A stretch of 64,000 bases of DNA from Vicugna vicugna (lineage: Eukaryota). Of the stretch, positions 36,110 through 49,329 are shown one piece after another. The DNA lies in the NCBI GenBank assembly GCA_013265495.1, contig MU058000.1:248001-312000 (forward strand), read 5' to 3'. The notes beneath the pieces are model-generated. The model was not told the origin of the DNA, searched no databases, and was given only the letters and a program-made list of their open reading frames with translations. The number at the start of each line of letters is the position of its first letter. Position 1 is the first letter of the stretch. The translations under genes and the position numbers were made by a program.

Positions 36110-37860
36110 ATCATTGAATACTGTAACAATCCTCTATCAGTTATTGATAGAAGACAAAATCAGTAGGGATACAGAAATCACCAGGAACATTGAACATTGT
36201 GAAATCACTTAGCATAAGTGACATTTACAGAATATTTCACACAAATGCAGAACATAACTAATTTTCAAGTGCATATAGACAATTCACTAAGATAGACCAC
36301 ACCTAGGGCCAAAAAACAAGTGTCAGTAAAGAATCAAAATCATGAAGAGTGTACTCTATGACCGCAAGGGTCCTAAGTTAGAAATCAATAATAAGATATC
36401 TAGAAAAGTCTCTACATAATTGGGAAATTAAGTAGTACACTTCTAAAATACACATAGGTTGAAGAAAAGAATCACAGGGAAATATTTTCTAATTCTAAGT
36501 GATAAAAGACAACATAGCAAAATTTGTGGAATATGTTCAAAGTATTCCTAAGATGGAAATTTATAACTTTAAATGACTATATCAAGAAAGAAAAGTATTA
36601 AAATAAAGCCTCCAACTTAAGAATCCATAAGAACAAATGATAAACAAAATAAGTAAAAGAAAGGAAATAAGAGGAAATAAGAGCAGATGTCAATAAAACA
36701 TTAAAAAGACAAATAGAAAAAAATTTAAATTCAAAGATTGTTTTCATGAATATTAATAAAGTTAATAAAGCCCTCAGAAAGAAGTATAAAGAACAGAACA
36801 GAGAAAACAGATTATCAATATCAGGAATATAATAAGAGGCATCAGTACAGATCTCACAGAAACTAAAAGAATTTAAAAGGGAATACTATGGAAAAATTTA
36901 AGCCAATAAATTTGACAACTTCAATGAAACAGAAAAATATCTTGAACGGCACATATTAACAAAGCTCAGACTCAAGAAAAAGTAGAATCTGAATAGCTGT
37001 ATATCTATTGAAGAATTTGAATTTGAAATTAAAAACCTTCCCAAAATGAAAACTACAGGCACAGAAGGCGGCATTGATGAATTTTACCCTACACTTCAAA
37101 AGAAATACAAACTTAACACAATTGCTTCCAAAAATTAAAAGGGAAAACACAACTCATTTTAAGAGGTCATCATTACACTAACATCCAAACCTGATAAAGA
37201 CACTACAAGAAAAGAAGCTGTAGGCTAATATTCCTCATGAACACAAATGCAAAAATTCTTAACTACTACTAAAACGTATCCAGCCATATGTAAAAGGAAA
37301 AATACATTTTGACAAAGTAGAGTTTATCCCAGGAATACAAGGTTAGTTTGATATGTACTGAACGTCCCAACCAGTTGATTAAGACAAGGAAAAGGGAAAG
37401 AAAGAAGAAGCAAAACTGTCTTTATTTGGAGATAACAAGATTAAGCATAAGGAAAGATAGTATAACTCATCAGTGAGCTTAAGGTTACACAAGTTTAACA
37501 ACAAAAATATCAACCATATTTCTATATACTAGAAGAGAATGTTGGAAATTCAAATTTTAAAATGTTATGTTATACAATATCATAAAATTTTCTTAAAAAT
37601 TAGGAATAAACCTTAAAAAGATGTGTAAGACCTGTTTGTTGAAAACTATAAATTGTGCATGAGAAAAGTTAAAGACAACCTAAATAGATGGGTAGATACA
37701 CCAGTTCATGGATTGGAAAGACTCAACATTAAGATGTCCATCCTCAAGTTAATCTATACATTCAACATAATCCTATCAAAACACCAGTAGATTATTTTTT
37801 TAAAAACTGACAAGCTGATTCTAAGATGAATAAAGGAATTCAAGTGCTCTATAGATAATA
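36110..37860 (+). mobile_element. Degenerate old L1 ORF2 fragment
   Basis: ttagaaatcaataa; gccaataaatttgacaact; tttatcccaggaatacaagg; ttcatggattggaaagactcaac; no long ORF. Confidence 0.85.
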
Positions 37861-38328
37861 AGGCAAGCAATAAATTTTTATTAAACTCAAAAAGTAGAAA
37901 TAAAAACAATCATCCTGAGAGATTACAAATTACAGTTTATCTTCTGAAGCTTTTATGAAAAAGCTTTAGAAGTGGTAGAAAATATAAAGTGATCCTCAGT
38001 CTTATAATTATCTAAGTGCACAGATATTTGGTTCTTTTGGACTTCCTCCCACTGATAGTTTCATGATATTATAATACACAAGAACACAGTCCTTATGCAA
38101 AGAAATGATTTACAGGGTGACAATACTGATAATATTCACTAAAAGAAAACTTGGTTTGTGATTTAGTGTTAATGTGAATAGACTACAACATATTACATGT
38201 ACAGAGATCATATAGTATTTTATCTATCAGTTCCACAAATAGATTCTATTGTAATGTCGTTAAAAAAAGGAGTGCATCCTCTGACTTTTACTACTGGCAC
38301 CATTTATATCTTTCAATTGTACTAAAGC

Positions 38329-38790
38329 AACAATTCTCAAAGGGTATTTGGGGACAACCCAAGACCCCTTAATAATAATATTAAAATGTTATTTGTATTT
38401 TCACGTTCAATTTCTCATGAATGTGAAGTGTGGTTTTTCCAAGGGTTCCATGACATGTAATATAACAACAGAGTAGATGCAGAAGCAAAAGGAAAATGCA
38501 ACTGTCATTTTTTAAGACAGCAATTAAAGAGATTTACAAAAGTTCAAACAACAATGCCACTTCAATTTTTTTGTTCTGAAAAACAGTTAAATTTCATTAA
38601 TTTTTATGTTAGTATGTAATAGGTTTATAATTATTATTTTAAAGGAATAAGTATTTTCAAATATTCATTTTAATTTTTAATATGGTAGATACTGATCTAC
38701 TTAATGTACATTAATAAAAGCTCTGAGTTCTCAAAACCTTTCAGAATATAAAATGATCTTGATACCAAAAAAAAATTGAGAATTAGTGTA
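38329..38790. mobile_element. Non-autonomous hAT-Charlie DNA transposon
   Basis: Ends attctcaa...ttgagaat; internal gatgcagaagca...attaaagagatttacaaaa...acaatgccact. Confidence 0.65.
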
Positions 38791-39129
38791 GTACAGTAAT
38801 AAACAATTTTAAGTGGTACATGTAGAAAGAATAATGCTGATCACTAAAACAGAAAACAAAGAAGTTATTTAAAAAAGAATTATCGTATGTTAATGTTTGG
38901 TTTTTCCTAGTGGGACACTACATGACACCTCTTTCTGGTTCTTAAACTTAAAAAGTTCAGCAAGAGAAAAAGACTGAAGGCCAACACAATATGAAATACA
39001 CATAGGATTCCCATACATGATCTGTTTCCCTTCTCCCACCAAATGCATCCCTAGTAGAACCGAACAGAAAGGTAATTCTCCAAGACTCTTGTCTAACTTT
39101 TAAGCATTGCCTACATATTAAACATACTA

Positions 39130-39365
39130 AACTCTGCCCCTTGCTTCTCCTAAACTTGCCTTCCCTTACTGTTTTCCCTATTGTGTTTATAACCTTATAT
39201 ATTACATTATTTATTTACCACATTTATTTTCTGTTACCCCATTCAATATAATGTAAGCTAAACAAGAGCAAGATTTTTTTCTGCTTTATTGACTGATATA
39301 TCCTCAGCACCTTTAATAGTGCCTAAGACAAAAGAGGCACACAATAAACGTTTGTTGAATGAATT
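39130..39365 (+). mobile_element. L2 3' end
   Basis: atgtaagct...gatatatcctcagcacct...caataaacgtttgttgaatgaat. Confidence 0.8.
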
Positions 39366-39703
39366 AATGGATATTCTACTGAAGAGAAATATGAATTTTG
39401 GCATTTTCTCAGGGAAGAACAGAGATAACTTACCAAATTAGCACTTGCAAAATGGCCAAGAGGCACAAATGCTATGTACACAGGAGGAACACAGTAGCTG
39501 AAGAAGCAGTTCTCAGGAAGAAACAGCTTTTTCCTCTAGAGCCGGAAATGAAGATAAGGAGACAAGAGACAAGGAAAGGACAGGGATGTGGAAATTCTGT
39601 GGTTCGAACTGGAGGCGAGAGAAATAGATTTGTTTTTCTAATCCTAGGATCCCACGAGTATAAGAAAAGAAAAGAAAAAAAAGAGTAAGAGCAGCTAACA
39701 CAC

Positions 39704-39896
39704 CTCTCTTCTCCTGATGTATTTCCTCCAGAAGCTGCTCCTGTCTTTCGATCTGTTCGAAGAGACACTGGAGCTCGGACTCCTTGTTTTCGGTCACATT
39801 CCTGAGCTGCTGTCTGCACAGCATCAGCTGGTGCCGTAGACTTTTCTCGCTGTTTTCTCTCTCTTTCAACTCCTCACAGAGCCACTGAAGTTTAGT
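39704..39896 (-). CDS. CEP128: CEP128 internal coding exon (193 nt, phase 0-1)
   Basis: ttttag|ACTAAA...AGAG|gtgtgt. Translates to TKLQWLCEELKERENSEKSLRHQLMLCRQQLRNVTENKESELQCLFEQIERQEQLLEEIHQEKR and overlaps ORF 39513..39869. Confidence 0.97.
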
Positions 39897-41424
39897 CTAA
39901 AAACATGACATTTAAATCTAATTTTTAAAAAATCTAGAAAACAGTAGCATTTCAAAGCATGAGAAAGTCATGGAAAATCTGAACAAATGTAGACAATAAC
40001 TAACAACCTTAAACAAAATTTTAAAATACTCATAATGTTTTAATTTGCATAATGGTTTATGTCAGCTAAAAGCTGGTATAGAATTGATTTTTTTTCAGAT
40101 TTTCATAAAACAACTGATATACTCTATCATCTTTGGAAAGGCAATACTACAGAAGAGTTTGGCCCACTAAACTTCCAGTTGTAATACAATTAGCCCCCTA
40201 ATTTGATATATAAGGCAGTTTATTATAAGCATTTGAAAATCAAAACACTCCATAATAGACCTACAAACTCATTATAAAAGGGAGTTTTATTTCAGAGATT
40301 TAAAAAAAAAGGATAAAATTCCTAGTTTTGGTTTCTAAAAATGCACATCCCTAATTGTCCAGCTAATCAAGTAGAAAGCGTCTCTACCGTATGAGGGAGA
40401 TAAAAATCAGCATTTGTCTACATTTAAAAGCCTAGGAAATTTATTCGAAGCAACTCTCTTCTTCATGGACTTTAATCTCACCAACTCTAATATCTGGATA
40501 TTTAAAACAGGGATGAGAAAAAAATCTTTCTTCCACCTTCAATAGAACAGGATTTCAGTCAGGTCTCAGGATCTTCTCAACTGAGACTACCCTCCAATTT
40601 CTAGTTGATTTTAAATCATCTAAATAAACAGTCTTCACTTCAGTAAGAAGCAAAACAGGGGAAGTGGTGAACCAGAAGGGAAAATTAGGTTAAGCTAAGG
40701 GACAATTTCTCTGAAAAGCACTCATCCATAAGCAAGAAAGTTCTAGGCCTCAAGAAGTCTAGAAAGTTCTTACAACATGCAACAGTATATTAAAAGCCAC
40801 CGTGACAGAAATATTTAGACCATGTGGAAGCAGGGTTGGGATATGGCCCCTAGACTGTAGGCTCTCCATGTACATCAGCTTTCAAACTTCCCCAGAAATG
40901 AAAGAGGCATGGTTCCTCTGGTCAGAAGGTCTGTCTAACAGATGGTACCTCTGTGACATATAACAAATACTGTCATTAGTCAAATTATGCACAAATTATA
41001 CAATAATATTGTAAAACGGCCAATGTATAATATGTTGGGTGAATATGCTGGGTAAAGGAAAATAAAAATTATGCTTGTAAAGGCAAAACTGGGATCACAT
41101 TTATTAATATAAACTCTCATCAAAAGAGGGACTTTATAGAAGTTCCACTTCCAGGATGATGGCATGAGGCATTGGGTGGAACTGCTCTTCAGTGAAATAC
41201 TTATAACTGCTGAAAATTACAATTTAAAAAAATTCAAGTCTCTAGAAATTGTCCTAGGTAATATATCAAATGAAGAAATACTTATTCAAGAAATATTGAG
41301 CCTCATTAAGAACAGCAGAGATCTATGGCACTTGAGCCTCACTGACTCCCACCCTACCTTCCAGAAGGGCATTGCCAAGACGGGGCTCCACCTTCCCCAA
41401 GTTTATAATCAAGGTATATGATAT

Positions 41425-42200
41425 TGTGACATAATAATAAAGATATCTGGTCTTTGTCTCTGGTTCCCGGCAGAGAGCTCCTAAAGCCCTTGGAATTTCC
41501 ACAGTGATAGAAGTGTCCTTTGTGATTCCTAACAAACCCTTTGGATCACATGAGCTTATATAAACGAGGTGGTATAGGGTAGGGCCTCCAGGTAGCCTCA
41601 GAATGGGGCTGGTGATTAGAGAGTTGGAACTTTCTGTTGTACCTGCCAACCTCTAAGAAGGGGGATGGGGGACACCAGGAGAGGACCAGAGATTAAGCTC
41701 TATAAAAACCCTTGAACAATGAGATCTGATGAGCTTCCAAGTTGGTGAATACATCTACATGCCAGGAGCGTGATGCATCCAAAATTCCACAGGGACAGAA
41801 GCCCCTGCGCTCAGGACACTTTGAGACCTTGCCCTATGTACCTCTTCATCTGGCTGTTCATTTGTACCCTTTATAATATAGTAGAAATGGTAAGTCAAGT
41901 ATTTCCCTGAGGTCTGTGAGACATTATAGCAAATAACTGAACTAGGGGAGGGGGGTTGGTATGAGAGCCCCAATTTGTAGTCAGGTCAGATAGAAATGGA
42001 GGCAAACTGGGAACCCAATACTTGCGACTGGCATCTGAAGTGAGGGGCAGTCTTGTGGGACTGAGCTCTTAAACTCTGGGTAGTTAGTGTCAGAGCTAAA
42101 TTAAGTTGTAGGGCACCCAGTTGGTGACTGCAAAAAAATTGAAAAATTACTTGATGTGGAAAATTTACACATTTGGAGTCAGAAGTGTGGGTAGAAATAG
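41425..42200 (+). mobile_element. MER21-type ERV solo LTR
   Basis: tgtgac...gagctcctaaagcccttggaatttcc...gccctatgtacctcttcatctggctgttcatttgta...cttgcgactggcatctgaagtg. Confidence 0.85.
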
Positions 42201-42374
42201 ATCTTAATAGTAGGTATTTTACAGGAAGGGCAGATCACTAAGATTTTCCATCTTCATAGCTCTGATTTGTGTGAGCTAAATTCCTGGTAGCTGCAACAGC
42301 AATATTGGGAATTCCCTCCTCTACCAACTTCCCACTAATAAGGTGGCCACTTTACCCAGAATAGCCCAAAAAAA

Positions 42375-43840
42375 GACGTTAAAAAATAAGAACAAAGTTA
42401 GAGGACTAACTCTTACCCATTTCAAACTTTACTACAAAGCTATAGTAATCATAACAGTGTGTTACCGGCACAAGGGTAGACATACAGATCGATGAAACAG
42501 AATTAAGAGTCCAGAAATAAACCTATACATATATCGTCAATTGACTTTCAACAAGGGTGCCAAAACAATTTGATGAGAAAAGAATAGTCTTTTTTAACCA
42601 GTAGTGTTGGGACAACTGAATAGTCAGACGTAAAAGACTCAAGTTGGACCTATACTTCATATCATATAAAAAAAATTAACTCAAAATGAACCAAACAGCT
42701 AAATGTAAGATCCAAAAATATAAGACTCCTAGAAGAAAAACAGCAGAAGTCTTTGTAATGTTGGTTTGGCTATCATTTCTTAGACATGACACTAAAAGCA
42801 TAAGCGACCAAAGAAAAAAAGTTGATAAATTGGACTTAATCAAAATTTAAAACATTATGCTTCTATGGTCACCATCCACAAGGTGAAAATATTTATAGAC
42901 CATATATCTGAGAAAGGACCTGTATCTAGGACATGTAAAGAACTCAAACAATAAATAAAAAGATAATGAATTAAGCAAAAGATCAAAATAGACATTTATC
43001 TAGAGAAGATAAACAAATGGCCAATAACCCCATGAAAAGATGCTTAACAGCATTAGCTACTAGGAAAATGCAAATCAAAACCACAGTAAGATTCCATTTC
43101 ACACCCAGCAGGACAGCTAAAATCAAAAAGACAGAGATGACAACAACTGTTAGTTTGTATGTAGAGAAATTAAAATTCTAATACTAACAGTAGGAATGTA
43201 CATCAGTGCAGCCACTTTGGAAAACAATCTGCACTTTCTTCCAAAGCTTAAACATAGTTATTATCTAACCCAGCAATTCTTTCCTAGATATGCACCTAAG
43301 AGAAATGAAAACACGTTCACCCAAAAACCTGTACTCAAATGTTCACAGTAGCATTATTCACAATAGCCAAGAAATGAAAATAATCCAAATGAACATCAAC
43401 TGGTAAATGAATGAATAAGCTGTGGTTTATCTATACAACAGACAGTCATTTAGTGAGAAGAAGTAATGATACATGCTATAACACAGATGAGCCTTGGTAA
43501 CATTCTGCTAAATGAAAGAAGCCAGTCAAAAAGGACAACATATTACATGACTCATTTCATATGAAATGTCCAGAATAGATATATCTATAGAGATAAAAGC
43601 AGATTACTTGTTGACTAGGACTATGGGGAAGGTGGGATAAGCAGATAAGGATATGACGGCCAAATGGTCCAGATTTTCTTTTTGGAGTAATGAAGATGTT
43701 CTAAAATTTATCTGTAGTGATAGCTGCATATTTCTGTGAAGATATTAAAAACTACTGAATAATACACTCTAAATATGTGAGTTGTATGGTATGTGTACTA
43801 TATCTCAATTTGGCTGTTATTTCACAACTATAAAAAAAAA
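42375..43840 (+). mobile_element. L1MB-like ORF2 end and 3' UTR with A-tail; probable L1 5' UTR pieces at 41140-41420 and 42210-42370
   Basis: agtccagaaataaacc; aaatgcaaatcaaaaccaca; gcagccactttggaaaaca; gttctaaaatt...tatatctcaat; poly-A. Confidence 0.9.
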
Positions 43841-44199
43841 AGGAAAGGAGGAAATAAGAGAAGATAGATAAATAAAGCTAAAGTTAAACCTCCCCACAGA
43901 GATGAGACCTGGCTTTAGTACTTGCTATACAATTCACAGGCCTCTGTCTTGCTTGAATGTCACTAAATAAATAAGGGAAGTTCCCAACTTAAACTAAACT
44001 ATGGACTTCCAATTAGGATTGCAGAAACGTAATTAAGCCTGCTTCATTTCCCAATATCTACTTCGAAATGCTTATGCAAATAAAAGAGAAAAAAACGTCC
44101 ACGGCAAAGGAAAAACAGAAAACATGGTTAATTCTGCCATATAAAAGGAGCATTTTCTACTATCACTTTCTACTAACGCACTTAGGGAAAAAACAAGGT

Positions 44200-44850
44200 C
44201 AGGGTGATATACCACCATCGCCATCTAGCCACAGTATGAGAGACAAGGAGGTGAACTGGACCATTCTTTAGAAAGTATACTTTCTGTACAGAGTGGAGCA
44301 CACACTGGAGGCTGGAAAGCAAGAGACTGATACAATATTCCAATCAAGTAAAAATGGCAAGGATTGGACCAAAGTGTACATATTTGAGACTTAAATGTGA
44401 GGAGTAAGAGAAAATAAGGAATCAGTAATCATGGCCAGTTTTTAACTTAAGAAAACCGAAAAAGGAAACCTAGAAGAAGCAAAGACTAAGTGTTAAGTTT
44501 ACGTTAGGATGAAATATACTGAAGCTGTTAAGACCAAAAGACACAGAAGTACGGATGACTAATGGATATAGAGATCTAAAGCTCAAGAGATGAATGAGAG
44601 ATAAAAAAAACCTAAAGAATAAAGAGCATAAAGGAAGTCAAAGGCATAGGAATAGATAAAATAGCCCATGAAGAATGTCTAAGAGATAACAAGAGAGTTT
44701 AGAAGAGATGAACACGAGAGAAATTTAAAAATAAAACTGAGACGTAGCTGGAGAGGCAGGAGGAAAATACAAGCGTCTCGGTGCTAGAATCTCAGAGGAA
44801 GAAAATCCTGCAGCAAGCGAGGTACCCTCAATGCCGGAGACTGTCAAGAG
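44200..44850 (-). mobile_element. L2 remnant
   Basis: Purine-rich antisense L2 motifs (ggaggctggaaagcaagagac; aatggatatagagatctaaagctcaagaga). Confidence 0.5.
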
Positions 44851-46744
44851 GAAGGCACAGGTATTCTTAGTAATTTTAAAAATATACATTTTTGTAAAAA
44901 ATAACTGCAGCTCAGCCCATCAAACCAAAATAGGACTGAAAACATGAACACCAAACTGTTTATGGTGATTATGCCTTCATGGCTACTCAAGATGAGCGTA
45001 ACATTCAAATTATATTCTCCATACTGCTATATTTACTACTGTTTATTTCTCCTTTTAGCTATGTTAGTTTTTGCTTTAAATATTTAGGTGCTCCAATGCT
45101 GAGCCAACAAACATTTACAATTATTCTCTCTTCTTGTATTGATCCCTTTATAATGACCTTCTTTGTCTCTTTTTATCTTTTCTTTTTTTCTTTTTTTTTG
45201 TAAAGAGACAGCACCTTGTATTTAAGTAATGAAACAGAAAAAGAGAAATGTATTCTGAAAATAAAAAAATCCAAAATTCTTTTTAGTATTACTATATTAA
45301 GAAAGCTTAAAGAACATTCAAGAGTAACACGTTTAGGATCTGATTCCTATCAATTCAAATTATAAAAAGTACAACCACAAAGAAGAAGGGCTGAAAAGTA
45401 TGCACACATGCCAGCCCTGTATCTCTGTGCCACACAGGCATGGTCCTAAACAGCAGCTTTCAGATGCCAGTTCCCCCCAGGATTAGTCTGAGGTCAGGTA
45501 TTACTTAATACTATCACAAGTAATTAGGCATTAGAATATTAAATCGATTTATTAGCCTGATGGAGACAGTTACCACCTTTCAACTGAGAATAAAATGAAA
45601 TGACCTTGATATACAGAAGAAACACACACATGCAAGATGAAATCTAGAAGAGATTAACCTGAAGGAATGAACCTGAAAAAATCAAACATGGACTGGTAAA
45701 AGGTACAAGGCTCACAGTTGACCGTAAGAATCCTTGTGAGAAAAAAGTAAAAGAAGTCAGATTATTCAACCTGTTACGAATAGGAAGATCAACTGTAAGA
45801 GGACCATGTCATTATTAGATAACATTACAGCAATTAATTGCACTGGTTTACATCAGAGACAGCAAATGTAAATACTAAAGTTGCTAGTAGAAAACATCAA
45901 TACAAGTACACAGAAAGTATGTCCTCTTACATTTTTCTTAAAAAGTGCCATTCATTCAGGCTACTACGTTAGTATTTTACCATTTTGAACCATACATTGA
46001 TACAAGATACATATCTACTTCTCTTAACTCTATTTTAAGAAAAATAACAGGCGAGCTTTTTTTTATAAAGATAAAATGCAAATAATACCTTTTTTCATAT
46101 CGAGAGTCAATAGAAAATGATGGGGATTACGTCAAAGGATAGTCAACTATATTAAGAAAGCTTAATGAACATTTAAAAGCAACACATTTAGGACCTGAAC
46201 ATTATCAACGTGGATTATAAAAATGCAACCACACACACACCCAAAGAAAAAGGCTGGAAGGCCATCCCTTCTACTGTGGTCACATCCATGATTCTTCATC
46301 TTAACTCTAATAGTTTTCCACCATATGAGAATGAAACTCTAGTGATATCAGATATTCTGATGTATCAAAAGAAAAATAAATCTCATGCTGTAATAATGAA
46401 ATAACTTGATTTTTTAAAAATGTTCATCACCAATTCAATTTTTCAAAACCCATGTGGTCCAAACAAAATGAGTCCCTGGGGATCACCAGCTTCAATCATC
46501 CAGTTTAATCTGCTGTTTCCCAGGGATTTAACTGCAAATTTAGAAAATAACTTCATATTTCCCTTTTCTCAATGCTTTTCTACTTATTCTATCCCAATTT
46601 TGGCCTGTGTTCACTATTGTTGCTAAGAGATGATGATGGAAAAACAATAATTCTATTTTTCATAACAATAATTCTGCTGATTCTGATAAAAACAAAAAAA
46701 ATCAAAAAATTATCTGAAATAAAGCATTAATCAGGTTTGATCTG

Positions 46745-47146
46745 TGTTATGAACTTAATTATATCCCCCCTCAAAATCATATGTTGAAGCCCTAACCCTC
46801 GGTGTGACTGTATTTGGAGACAAGGCTTTAGGGAAATAAAGATTAAATGAGGCCATAAGAGTAAGGCCTGAGTCCTATAGGGCCGGTGTCCTTATAAGCA
46901 GGGGAAGAGATATTCTTTGACTCCCAGACTTCAACTCTCCCAGCCATACCCCTAGTCTACTATCCGCTGGCCCCACATGGAGAGAGGCTACTTACAAGAC
47001 AGGGAGAAGACTCATCAGAAACCACCTTTGCCCTGGTACGTTGATCTTGGACTTCTAGGCTCCAAAACTGTGAGAAAATAAATGTCTGTTGTGTAAGCCA
47101 CCCAGTCTGCGGTATTTTATTATGGCAACCCCAGCAGACTAACACA
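46745..47146 (+). mobile_element. MLT1A-type solo LTR
   Basis: tgttatg...catatgttgaagccctaacc...gatcttggacttctag...ctgtgagaaaataaatgtctgttg...gcagactaacaca. Confidence 0.9.
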
Positions 47147-48364
47147 GTACAACCTAGAGCTTCAGGGTATTCCTATGAAGCCTTTATTCCATTGCCACAC
47201 AAAATTAAAAACAGGTTATAGTTACATGCTTGTTATGAACTGAATAAATATGCAGAATCTATTATTTATCCTACAAAACAAAATATCAATTTATGGAGAT
47301 TTAATCAACCAGTAATCAATTATGAGAATCAGCATTTGTTAGAGAAACACCCAGCACCTTTCATTAAGTGTCTTACAGAAACAGCTTGGAACACAGTTAG
47401 GAATAACTTTGCCAATTCAAACAATAATTAGCTGACAAGGCTATTAATCACAGTGCAAACGCCATTCTATTAACCACTCACAGGAGCATCTTACAGATTA
47501 TATAACAGGATCACTTATTAAATTACATCAACAAGTACTGCTAAATAAACCATATAGAGAAAGAATTTCTACATAAGGTAGTTTTTTACCTTCCTATTTG
47601 ACAGCTTGCAATTAGGTGGGGCTATAAGTACCTAGCAAAACAATCAAAATGCTCTTTAAAATCTGTGAGAATCCTCTGGTGAGATTTAGTGGGATAATAT
47701 ACCAAAAGTCAAGAAGGAATGACTCAAAGCTAAACACCAAGGAAAACAGAAAATTTGAACGAAAAGATCATAATTGATAGTTAGCAATAATAATAGGACC
47801 CATAATTTTGCTGCTTTTAATTACTCTGCTTCCTTTCTTCCTTTGCCAAAACTCTAAAAACAATTTTGAGACGAAACGACTGGGTAAGAACCAAAGATAA
47901 AGAAAGAGGATGGCAATTTTTCAGAACATGGCAACATTTTAGAATGTGCTGGACCGACAGAACAAGAATTACACCAAAACTACAAAATTCAAATTTAAAT
48001 CAACCTCGAAATGTAATTATTATCTCAATGATACTTTCTCCACTTTTCTACTTAGTTATGAATATAACCAGGAAGAACTATCTCCAAAATTAGAGCACAT
48101 ACTAAAAAATACAAAATATTTCCTCCAGTTAAACTGAATGTGTTCCCTGTACACAACCTAAAGTATGTTTCCAACACATGAATCAAATGCCTGAGTTCTT
48201 GTATCACATTTTGGTATCTACAGCAGAAGGATAAAATACTGGCTGATAATTTGCATTCTTCAACAAGAATTAAATACGCTGGGTCTAATATTTCTCACAC
48301 AATGGCTAATTTTCAAAATCCACATATTCGTAAGTGTAAGGCTTATATTCAAGTGTAGATTACA

Positions 48365-48535
48365 CAATCAGTGGAAACAATGGCAAAGAGTTCAGACCCA
48401 GCTTCTAAACTCTTCTCAGTAACTAAGTAGCTTTATATCCTTAGGTAAAATTCAAAACTTCCAGGACCTCTTTCTCAGCTACAAAATAAGGAAGAAACCA
48501 TATGATCTCTAAAGCTGCCTCAGTTATAACACTCC
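48365..48535 (+). mobile_element. MIR/MIR3-like fragment
   Basis: gagttcagaccc...ccttaggtaaaatt...tacaaaataagga...atgatctctaaag. Confidence 0.55.
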
Positions 48536-49329
48536 AAAAACAGTAGGGAAGAACAAATGCTTGTCAACATGTAGAACACATTATACTATAAAAAGTGTGA
48601 CTCTTTGGGATTATATCAAATAGGAAAATCCCCTTGGATTTGGAAGCATATTTCTTACATATAAATCTTAAAATTTAAAGTTCTGATCAAATAAAACCAG
48701 TATTTGAGAATTCATATATTTACTAAATTTGAATCTGCTTGTTACTCATTGCTATTATTTAAGCTGAGGACGTAACCTGAGTAGGAAAATGCAGCACGTT
48801 CAATTAATCACTCTTTTAAAAAAATATTTATTGATGCTTTAGTCAATCATTGTGGTAATTGCAAAAAATGCAATGAGAAACAGGAAAGAAACAGGTCTCC
48901 CTCATTAAGCTTATAGACTAAAGAAACAGGAAAAGAGTAAATGGGAATTTCAATACAGTCGAATAAAGGCCAAAAAGGAAAAGATTGTCACATAAATACA
49001 TTTTTGTGCATCTTGAGGGAATAATAGCAGCGGATTCCCAGAACTAAATGTAAACAACAGAGCACTGGGGCTCCTGCCTTGTGCTCAAGAGCAGCTGACA
49101 CCAGCTTTCCTTTTACTCGCTGTCGTCAAAGGATAACTTAAGGTCTGGGATCAAGAGTGATGCTCGCTAGTATTGTGGTTCCTCCCGAGAGTGAGTGCCT
49201 GCTGGCTCTAGATTTGATCAGTTGTCCCTATTTTCTCACTGCAAGTGACTCTGTTACTCCTCACTTCTTTCCATGATTTGAACCTAAACTCTGATCTGTA
49301 CCTTTGTCCCTGCTTCTCTTTGGGCCTTC

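Noticed and set aside
36110..37860. L1 ORF2 as an active or domesticated reverse transcriptase
   Set aside because: Heavily frameshifted, with deletions and no long ORF.
1..39703. Next CEP128 exon (DLLEETQRKDEEMGSLQ-like)
   Set aside because: Not found by eye; it presumably lies beyond position 1.
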